A stretch of DNA of 64,000 nucleotides from Phallusia mammillata (lineage: Eukaryota): contig OZ281500.1 in the NCBI GenBank assembly GCA_965637545.1, positions 2,046,001 through 2,110,000 of the forward strand. Direction: 5' to 3'. Shown piece by piece: positions 36,853 to 64,000 of the stretch. The position numbers and the translations under genes were made by a program. The notes beneath the pieces are model-generated. The model saw only the letters and a list, made by a program, of their open reading frames with translations. It did no database searches and was not told the origin of the DNA. How positions within the stretch are numbered: the stretch's first letter is position 1; the number at the start of each line of letters is the position of its first letter.

Positions 36853-38636
36853 ATGGCGACAGTTGAAAGAAAATGGAGTGACGAAGTCCTTGCCTCTGAT
36901 ACTGTATCGAAAAAAGACGTTGTACAGTTTTTGCAGGAGAACGCTGCACCTAAGGTTTGTTATAAAAGTAGCAATAACACAGCGGTCATTTATTTTGTAT
37001 TGGATTAAAATTTGTATTTGGCAATTTTCTTTTGCAGTTTCTCCAAGAGCAAAAACTTCAAGGAAGTTTAAAAAATGTGACAAAAACTTCAAAGAAGGAC
37101 CATCTTATCATTGTGTACAATGAGTTGTTCGAGAAAAATGTAATTACAATGTATGGAAGTGCAGTTAGTATGTAATAAAACAATTTTTTTGACAAAACAT
37201 GTAAATTGAAAAACCTATATTTTAATATAAATATCTGTGCTGTGCAATTTAATTCAAATTTTATCAAGTATATGAACCCCCATGTACAAGTTACCTGATT
37301 TAGCCGCTTGCAATACTTTATTATTATTTTGCATCTGTTTACAAGGACCCCTAACAACAACCACCTCATGGCCCCAGCTTCCACAAACCCCAGGTTGGGA
37401 ACCACTTGTTTGAATTAAACAAGATTTTTTTTCCAAGGCATTCAAAGGAACTGACTATGATATTCCAGTTGAGCAAGTCTGTCATGCAGTCAAACAAATT
37501 GCTGTCTCAGATAAATCACAGGAGGTCAAGGAAGTTGGGCCTCCAAAATTCAAAAAAATTGTTTTGAAAAAGGGTGATAAACAGAATTTTCCCAAAAAGG
37601 GAGATAAAGTGTCATGCTATTATGTCGGAAAACTGACAGATGGGACAGTCTTTGACAGCCTACAACCAGGCATGTTTTATTGATTTTAATGTATTGTTTT
37701 ATTAATGTTAAACTCCACAGGTATATGATTTTTGGTAAGACTTTATGGCACAATATGTATGCTTTGCACCTTTACTTTTATATGCTTTTCAACATTGTTT
37801 GAAACGGTTAACCATTTTAATGTTTACTCAAAAATTTGCACACCCATGTCAAAAAAAATCACTCTTATAATACACTGAATCTGTTGCCCCAGCAGGAATA
37901 TGTTTGAGCACAACAAAAATCCATATCATTTATTTTATGCCAGACAGCTCAGTGAAAACTGTAACTTGTAATTCAGTTTCTACTGCAAAAAGATCCATTA
38001 CCGACTGTTTTAAGTGAAAATATGATGTCACAAATATAATATAGTAACTTGTACACCTAGGATGCATGTTTTACCATATATTGTACACACCAGCTGGTAT
38101 GGTCAAAAACATAAACCTGCCTGATATCTGGTCATAGGTGTATGGTATCTTGTAGACCTCATCGAAGTGGTACACCTGTAAAAAATGGCGTACAAAAATA
38201 CAATGCACCTGGTTGAAAGCACTGCACATAAGTGATTTGTTTTTTGTTTGTTAAAGGATCTAAAAAGAAGAGAATTCAGGCTCTTTCTTTTAATGTTGGC
38301 AAGAACCATGTGATAAGAGGAGTAAGTATAATAACTGTGTGAATATACGTTAACTAACTGTTGCTGGTAATTGTGACACCAATGAAGTACATAACTGTTT
38401 TTGTTTTGTTTTTTGTAGTGGGATGAAGCTCTTTTAACGATGAGTGTTGGTGAGAAAGCTGAAATAACTATTGAGCCAGAATGGGGTTATGGAAAGGCTG
38501 GAAAACCAGAGGCAAAGTGAGTTATAATCATGATAAAATGTGCTGCTTGTCAGTGTGTATTATTTATTTATGCATTTTCAGGATTCCCCCCAATGCAACT
38601 CTTGTGTTTGAGGTTGAATTGACCAGAATTGACTGA
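36853..38636 (+). CDS. FKBP3: FKBP25-type peptidyl-prolyl isomerase, 6 exons
   Basis: Basic N-domain [23 protein letters not shown] plus FKBP domain [55 protein letters not shown]. Confidence 0.94.
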
Positions 38637-39602
38637 TTGATATTGTGCCATAGAACAGATTTGTGCAAGTTTATTTTACTGGTGTTTCCAAATGAAAAGA
38701 GCATTTTGTGTGTTGTGTTTTATTGCCTGTAAGGGTATTTGGCATTCTATTGGGGCTTTTTGTAATTTTATGTATTCCTACCACACAGCATTTTTACATG
38801 TTTGATTTGGTGTACATTTTTCTATTGTGTAAGCTTTTTGCCTGACTTTTGCCATCATTTCACGTGCCATTTCTGTACATCATATACTTGACAGAAATTC
38901 AACTGAGTTGATGGTTTACGAAACTTTGGTGGAAGTAGATGCTCAATGCAGTACACAGTGCTTGATAAGTAGCAGTTTTCTGCTGGTGTTTACACTGCCA
39001 AATAAAATGCAACACCCTTTTTAGTTTAATACTTGTTGAGTTGAAGCGAGACCTTTCCTTAACTGTGTCAAAATTTTGGGTCAAGTGAGGATCAGTTGTA
39101 AAAAGTATTCCACAGTTCGAATCACGTTCGAAGTAGCAAGTTAGGTACTTATGAATCTTGCAGATTTTGTGTTCATTTAATAGTATCAGTCGCGGTAAGT
39201 TTTTTTAGCACAACACAGACAAATTACATATTGCTTAGGTCATGTAGATGCGGTAAAATGACTTTTTACATCCTAAAATTAGACTTATGTTATTCACAAT
39301 GAAATTAGAAAAAAAGACGTAACTGTACCGCTTTGGTTTTATTGTTGCGCCGCACGTGCTGTTTTAAAGAGCCAGCGTGTTTCCTCTGTTTACGTTTGTG
39401 TGTGTTTTAGTTTTAGGTAATTGTGTGCCATTAGTAAAACGAAAAATTGCTAGTTGTGTTGGTAAAACAATCTATGCGTTACTTTTTGAGAAGAATTGGA
39501 TTAGATGTAACTGATTTCGTTGTTGTTTATTACCTGTCGTATATGTGTTAGCAATTATCACAGGCACGTTGGTTGACTATTGTTTACTCCTGACCTACGG
39601 AA

Positions 39603-56689
<17,087 letters not shown>

Positions 56690-57363
56690 CGATCTTCTTG
56701 GTACAACACCTACCAGTGTATATTTTGCACAATGTTACTAACACCACTGCCTCCAACTCTACCAATATCATTACCATGCATATGAAAAAAAATCTGCAGT
56801 CCAATAAAACACTGTATAAATTGAAGCAATGTTGAAGTACACTATTGACATTTATTTGAGCATAGATGTGATGTGCAAAGCAGGATTGTTGGCCATCTAT
56901 GCAAGTCTTGTCTTGTTAAACACAGTAAAAAAATATTTGCCTACAAATGGGCCCCAAGAGCTACATCGGTGCTAGCAGCAAATGTCAAACATTGAAAAGT
57001 TGTTATTTTTTACCCAATGGCAACCCTACATATCTAAGTACTAAGATTAGGCAAAACCCAGTTGGAGTCTGCCCTAATAATATCTGATGTAGCAACCCTA
57101 CCACAATGCCCAATTGAGACCTTGATTAGACACACTTGGCTTAAAAAGTCTTTAAAATTGTTTTTATTGAAAACAAGGTAATGAATTCAAGTATTGGCAG
57201 TGATGTGTGTAGATATCTGCCAATGAAATATGATTCACAACACAAATAAAAAAATGCAACCAACTATGGTAAAATCAACTAAAACGGACACATTGCTTCG
57301 GTAAGGGGTTTCACTTTCTGAAGCAGTGTTGCTGGAACTCTTATGGCGTCAGTTACAATTGAA

Positions 57364-59631
57364 TCAGTATTCTATATCAGAGCCAGATGTGTCGGCAATA
57401 CTGTCCAGGGAGCTGTTAGTGGAGTCAATGCCAGAGTCGCATACCGATGTGTCACCTTTGACGAACTTCCTTACCTGTAAATACAAGTATTATTATTACT
57501 GCACTAAAAGCAATGGTAGGTTAAGTTAAGTTTTAAGCACTCACACTCTGCATCATTTTCTCCTGATTCGGCTTGTCGTCAATAAACTCTTCGTTGCAGT
57601 CAATAATGAATATGGGAACATCTTGCAAAGTTTGATCCACACTGTAAAAGATTTTAAGATTTTTTTAGTCAGTGTGACTTGCACAAGCCAATGTATTAGT
57701 GCAAAACATTACTATGTTTCAACAGTTGCTACTGTCATCGTCTGGTAAAATGTTTCACACTAATATCTTCTTGCGGAGAATATTTAAAAATGTGAAATGG
57801 AAACTTACACGACTTCGTTGCGATATAACCAGGATTCATGCTTTTCATGCAAACATTTGAGGTAGTCAAGGGTTACACCACTCTCTTCAGGCCTTCCTCT
57901 TTTCTGCATTCTCTGGTAGCAAATCTAAACAAGTTTTGTATTGTAAGAAACTTTATTCCATTGCATCAGTTTACAGCCTTAGTTTACCAACCTCCGGTTC
58001 TGCTCGCAAGTAAATGATGCCGTCCAAGCGGAGTTCACCCAGTGCATGCAACAAGTAAGTGCTCCAGTCCTGGTATATGTTCCACTCAGTTTCTGACATC
58101 ACACCACTTTCAAAGCAGTTCTTGGCAAAGATGTATCTGTTCACACAAGTGTAAAACAAGTTAAACACAATTTTGTTCATAATGTTTTGCGACACGCTTT
58201 ATCAATCGAACATTTTGACAGTTATTTCTGTTATTGTTACCAATAGAAAATCAGTCCTGACTGAACAAGGCAATTTACTTACCTACTGCTATATACAGAT
58301 CTTTCAAAAAATTGCACAGGACTTCTAGATGCATATTGTTTCTTGGAATGTTTGCAAACGTCTTTCATTCGTGACACAAATGTGTAGGACTCAAAAGTGT
58401 AAGCCCATCTTTTGGGGTCAGAGTAAAAAGTGTTCAATAAATTCTCACCATGCTTTTGGGATGCCGTTAACTGAAAAACATTATCTTACTTGATAAAACC
58501 ATGCATTTACAGTTTTCAATTATGAGCCTTGTGCAATTTTTTGAAAGATCCTGCAGTCGCGAAGAAATGGCCAACAACAAAGTGTTTAACTTGATAACCT
58601 ACCGGTCTGACTGCAGTGATCTCTCAAAAAACTGCACAGGATTTTTTGCTTCACATAATGCGTCAGGTAAAGGGTTTCTCTGTAGTCGCATGCGACTCAG
58701 CAAAGCATACGATTGAAAGGTATATGACCACCTCTTGATGTCGTCATAAAACATTTGCAAAAGATTTCCACCACTTTTTTGAGACAAGGTTACTTCACTG
58801 CCCTGTTACAAGAAAACTAAACATTGTGTTGGTCTTATCATTATGGTTTTGAGAAGTTGTCCCAATTTCTGCCTTAAATTTACTCTCTGATAAAATAAAC
58901 TTTATCCCAGCAATTTAGTATGATGTCTAGACGTTTGATTAATTATCAGACTAATTTTTAAATCAAACCGTTTCAATCAGAAAGTTTTTACCCAGGCACT
59001 TTTCTGAAACACTCACATACAAATAATGACAGCCATAACATCATTATACCTCTTCATCATTGCTGATATTGGTCCATCTTGCCACTGGCTCCGGAACCAC
59101 CATCCATTCAGGAGACTCGGCTTCTAGAAGTCTGATGAAAGAAGATTTCCCAGTTGCTGAAAATGTGGAATTTTGTTTAAAACTCGGCACTTGACCATAA
59201 CTTTGTTAGAAGAGCAAACATTATTATATCTCTATAAAGGCAAAAGTAGTTTCAATTTATTTAAAATTTTGCACAAATTAAAACAGATGTTTTAAATTCG
59301 GCGCCAAAAATACTACACATAAAATCATACGTTAATTGGTTGTTAGGAGCGTTCACATTTTTGAAAGCTAATTAAAAAAGGTGTTTAAAACTATTTAAAA
59401 ATGCAACAGTGATCTAACGACCAGATAAGGTTGAAATATTAAACATAAAAACGTACCAATATTTCCTTCCACGGCGATTTTCTTTGGCCTAGCGGCGGGG
59501 GTCGAACGAGCACGTTTCAGAGTTGGCATTTCCATCATTGACTGTAAATTGCTTTTAGCACTAACTAACCTTCCGACGATAGCGTTTTTGACCAGCAACT
59601 GACTCATGGAACCGCCAACATGGGCCAACAT
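57364..59631 (-). CDS. DCK: Deoxycytidine kinase-like (dCK/dGK family) deoxynucleoside kinase, 7 exons
   Basis: [15 protein letters not shown]-loop, [53 protein letters not shown] and [13 protein letters not shown]. Residues equivalent to human dCK A100/R104/D133 are present. TGA at 57364-57366. In-frame ATGs at 59631, 59607 and 59538. Confidence 0.88.
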
Positions 59632-59640
59632 CGATAACTG

Positions 59641-59700
59641 TTCGCGCCTTCAGTTAGTGCGGCGCCAAAAACAAAGTTTCCCGCAAAGTCATTTGAAATC
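59641..59700. promoter_or_regulatory. Cluster of E2F-type sites plus a CHR-type TTTGAA upstream of the dCK-like gene
   Basis: TTCGCGCC (59641-59648), GGCGCCAAAA (59661-59670), TTTCCCGC (59677-59684) and TTTGAA (59692-59697). Another GGCGCCAAAA is in intron 1 (59300-59309). Confidence 0.6.
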
Positions 59701-59905
59701 GGAGCCCAGCTGTTAGAATCCTCGCGATATCATTGGCTGGCCGCAATAATTTGTTTCAGACAAAATTCACTTTTTTTACTGGTTACGCACGAGTGCACAG
59801 GGCAGATGCCGGCGGTAAAATTAATCAAGCGTATAAATCTCACAGGGATTCATAAATTATTAATGAATCCTAAAGTTTTGTATCACACCTTTAAAAATGA
59901 CCAAT

Positions 59906-59958
59906 TTTTGCGTTAAAATAGCCCTTATTTAGTGAAGAAGGGCTATTTTAACGCAAAA
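59906..59958. repeat. Perfect 21-bp inverted repeat with an 11-nt loop
   Basis: TTTTGCGTTAAAATAGCCCTT (59906-59926) / AAGGGCTATTTTAACGCAAAA (59938-59958). Confidence 0.9.
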
Positions 59959-60382
59959 CCCAACCCACCAAAGTTTATCTGTTTACTGAAGAAATGTTTT
60001 TAGATTAATAAAAAAAAAATGTAGACCTCTATATACAGATCTAAGCAGTCAGTCAAAACCATTTCTTTTAATTCTGTTGACAGTTTAAACTGAAAATTCA
60101 ATAACTTTCTTTCTCTAGTTTTTTTACGACCGTTAGAAACTGCTATTTTTGAAACATGAAAATTTGGTTTATAGGCGAAGTAATGGTTTAGTTTGGTACG
60201 CATTAAGATAGCTGGTTTATTGAAATGAAGCAAGATAATGGCACAGAAACAGAACAATAAAAAGTTCAGGAAACATCGTTCTAAAAAATAAGGTCTTTTC
60301 ACTCGTAAGGTAATAGCCTAGGTCGTTCTTGAATACAACAAGACAATACAAATGCTTGAAAACAATACATAACAAAACACTT

Positions 60383-61203
60383 TTAATCCTTGTTTGTCAA
60401 ACTTTCATCCAGTATCGTCTGCTTCCAATACAACGAGCCAAAAACAATTAGCGCAAAAACTATGTTGTTGGACATTGTCAGAATAGAATGTGATGATTTC
60501 TGTTCAGCTGGAAATAAAAAAGAAATATTTCATCTGCATAAAACACACAATTAAACATTTGCTGTTGTTCCACTTACCAAGTGCTATCATCAGAAATCCG
60601 TAACCGATGAAGAAGATTAACGATGCAAGTAACACTAATGATGCTACCAGAAGTTTTAATGAAAGGAAGTTTTCTTTTGGACGGCATGAAGCCCCTGTTC
60701 GGGAAAAATACCTTTATTTGCCGTAAACCAAGGGTATTTAACTAACTTTTATGCTTGCCTGTTTTCAAAGCGGAAGTTGTCATTTTTTGTCACTTGTAAG
60801 AACTTGTTCAGCTGTTGCTTCGTTTTGCTGCTAGACAAACTAGTATCATGCTTATCTCCTGCAAAGTAAATCCATTACACTTTTTTTCTCCAGCTTCAAG
60901 GCATATGCCTGTAATGTTAATGAGCAAATTTTGCGAATACGCCGATGAGGTAAGTCTGATGATATTGGTTATATACATGATCGAAATACGTTTAAGCATG
61001 ACGAAAAGCAACAGTAACATGCCGAACACGTGGTTCACTCGTGGACACCGACATGAACGCAAGTGGCATTTACAACTTTCAAGCATGTAACGGCAAATAC
61101 AGGATGAGTTTTGGCCCGTGCACTCATTGGAACTTGTAGCTTGGTTTACGACAAATAAAGAGCTCCTTAGAAATAACATACTCCAGCCCCGTATGTTATG
61201 CAC
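60383..61203 (-). CDS. 3' part of an unidentified multi-pass membrane protein (5' exons unresolved)
   Basis: Exons 60383-60507, 60578-60711 and 60759-60858 join in frame and give two hydrophobic segments (LLVASLVLLASLIFFIGYGFLMIAL; NNIVFALIVFGSLYW). The upstream ORF has a Cys-rich stretch and a third hydrophobic segment (VFGMLLLLFVML). The model needs at least one GC donor. Confidence 0.5.
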
Positions 61204-64000
61204 AATCTCTATATGTTAAGTGCGTTGCTCACTTGGGATTAAATATCTTCTTCTAATCTAAAGAGAGTGACATGCGGTGTTTGACCAAACCCAAGCATTT
61301 TTTTTCGACTTTGACTGGAAACAAACGTCACTAATGTATCACTAAAGATGTAACATTGGAATTGGTTCGCAATGATGTTAAAGCAAGGACAAAATCGAAG
61401 TTAAAATCCCTTTGTACATTAGTACGGTCTTTAAAACGGAGCACTAAACTTTACGACGAGATTCGAAGTAAAAAAGCGGTTCTTTAACTGATCATGTGCC
61501 AAACACGAGACGACTGCGTGGTAAACCGTGGTATTTCCACAGCGTGTTGTGTTAAACAAGTAGCACTGAGCGCTGAAGTTTGAAGGAAGAGCCCTTTTTA
61601 CATACTTGGATGTGTGCAACTGTCCATGTTTAAATGTGTAGTGGATTCGAAATATATATTTTTGGCCGCCACTAAATATCCAGCAATACCACTGTCTAGC
61701 TACTACTTTTCTCTTGACGTATTAACGTTGTGTCGTTTACTTCAAGAGCTATAATTGCCAAACTTCGAACTAATAGTGAAAGTATGTGTCTTTCAAATCG
61801 AACTATCCTAAAATTTCATCCTTTCCGTTCTAACGACGCCATCAAATGTGATTTGTGGTTCGACGAATGACACACTTTATTTGTTTAGCTCGCGTTGCCT
61901 TGAAGTTTACGACTGGCCGGAAACATAGAGCTCTGAATACACACCTATACGAACCTTCTATTTCTTGCCTTTCGACGTCTTATTCGGGGCGTCTTCGTCA
62001 GGGTAATAACACACTACCCAACACAATCGTTTTAATAACACCACACAGGGTGATAGCAGACGGGAAACTGGCACAAACACAGTGCTAGAACCCTAATTAA
62101 AACTTCAGTTTAGAAGTGTGAAATATAAAGTTCTTGTTTTTGTTGGACTGCTTTTTGAACGTTAGCAGAAATGTATTATATTTTATATTTGCTGTTGTAG
62201 TTTGAAGTCCACATGCACAAACTACCTAAAGGTTCGAAATCCGAAACCAACGCTGTCCTTTGTGAAAGGTTATGTTAACACTACCCGGTCATTGTACCAC
62301 AAGCTCATGGCGTGCCCACCTTCAATAAACCACAGTGTTTGGTTAGTGGTCGGCTCGTGTTACAGTTTGCCTGCTTGCTGATTAGGGAATGGGGCCCAGA
62401 AAATTTAGAAGTGCAGAAAATCTACTTAATATTTTGCCGATTTATAAACAAATTCTTAGCAATCAATTGACTTGACAAATGTTCTATTAGTATCTCTCAA
62501 AGTGTTGCAGAAATTTTTCAATAATGTCGTAGTATCTCAAATGTCGCAACTCAGCAGATCGGTTGCTATGGTCACGGAACGAAGAAAATGCCTTCACGAT
62601 TGCGTAACTCAACCTTTTCAGGAGTCCAAAGACCGATTTCAATCATGCAGATGCGGCCATTTTGTGCATGAAACACTAATTACGGCTACCAGGCTGTGAA
62701 CCGTTGACGCCAGTTGTTGACAGGGCGTGACTTGGTCGGTAACGCCCACAACGCTGTCAGCCAATCAGAAACAGGAGAAGTTGTAGCTTCACAGTTGATC
62801 ACTTACATTCAACTGGACATTGATTTACTGCTCGCAGAAAAAAAGCAGGACGCACGAAATGATACGTCTGCTGTTCACACAACGGTTTCTCATAAAAATA
62901 TTTCAATCTACGAGGGTAACTAGGTCAGTGGCGCAGAGCATTTTATCTGTAAGTAAGCGCACCACATTTCCCTATATTAACCAACAGTTCCATTGAGAGA
63001 AAAAAACCAACAAGATATTTTAAATGAGTTCAGACATCCAAAGTTCTCAGACTTGGTAAACAATTAGACCAAAGGTGAAAAAAATCGTTTGTGTTTATTG
63101 CTTTTAAAAACATAAATTTACTTTTGCACGACAAATTTTTCGCTGCTGTCAATTTTCAAGTACGGACTTAAAAACGTTTGCATTTTGTTACCTGTCATTA
63201 AATAAAATAACTCTTTACCTTACAGGTTCTTTACCCAACAGGCTGCTACCATAAAAGTTGATTGTTCTCTGCGTTTGCTTTCGCATTAAATTCGTTTGAC
63301 ATGAAATAGTTTTGTAAAAACTAACCTGTCATGGAGTTTATGTGTGGTGAATATTCATTTTATTGAAGACGTTTAAAGGCGGATTGTCAGCATCCAGTTG
63401 CATGTGTTAAAGCTGGTTTTAAGTTATGCGTTCAGAGTGTGGGTTTTTGTTGCAAAAATCGTGACAAAATACTTAACTGGAAACAGAATTGTATTCCAGG
63501 CCTGGTTTTTCATGCCAGAATTATAACAGGCTTGATTCGGGCTTGCCAGTTCAAACAAATATGATTTGAACTGGGGTTGGAGCTTGTGCTTTCGCTTTCG
63601 GCCACAGCAGCTTTACCAAACCTGCAGGATTTGTAAATTTGTAGTGTATAGTGTATAAAACGAACAACATGATGCAGCATGAATAACCCCCCAAAAAGAA
63701 CATCAGACATCCGCACTAACCAACTTTCGTGCAGCTCCAGTGCAATCTATATGGGTCGCGTGTCGCAAGCTTGGCCTCACACCCGGCACTCGTTATTCAC
63801 GTGATGGTTTCACACCGACAAGTTGGGACTGATTCTTGGCCAAATGTTTGCCCACCACGCCCTCGGTTGATGCCACCCAGTGTTAGACTTGTCTTTTTCA
63901 TGCTTTGGCCACGCGGTTTCTGCGTGAGGAGGTGCGGCGTGGGTGTGTACCCGCCCTGTACCCGCCCCTTTTCTGCGTGAGGGGACATTTCTGGCGTTTT

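Noticed and set aside
62562-62575. RFX X-box-like GTTGCTATGGTCAC (and GTTACAATGGATAC over the HEATR6 ATG)
   Set aside because: Single imperfect matches with no defined TSS; chance cannot be excluded.
62480-62670. Minus-strand ATG GCC GCA TCT GCA TGA followed by a ~50-codon open frame, as a selenoprotein or readthrough
   Set aside because: No redox motif, family resemblance or SECIS-like element was identified.

Overview
AT-rich, gene-dense eukaryotic window with many short spliceosomal introns. The protein and repeat style suggests an invertebrate chordate, probably an ascidian; this is inference and cannot be verified here. Genes in order: ULK4 (-), LIN9 (-), DCAF11/WDR23 (+), DNPH1 (-), a GXYLT-like GT8 protein lacking the DxD motif (+), intronless HEATR6 (+), FKBP3/FKBP25 (+), CAD (+), a dCK-family deoxynucleoside kinase (-), and the 3' part of an unidentified multi-pass membrane protein gene (-). 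Introns hold hAT-type MITEs with 8-bp TSDs, a Helentron/HINE-like element expanded into a ~160-bp satellite, and tRNA-like fragments. There are two families of hammerhead-ribozyme (HHR)-bearing elements. The top candidate is an intact-looking HHR just downstream of the DCAF11 stop codon, in sense orientation, preceded by an inverted copy of its own 5' half that could sequester it. The second candidate is the dCK-like gene, which combines a possible mitochondrial presequence plus NLS, clustered E2F/CHR motifs and a C-terminal DSGIDS beta-TrCP-type degron. Gene identities come from recalled similarity to human proteins and hand translation. No searches were run.
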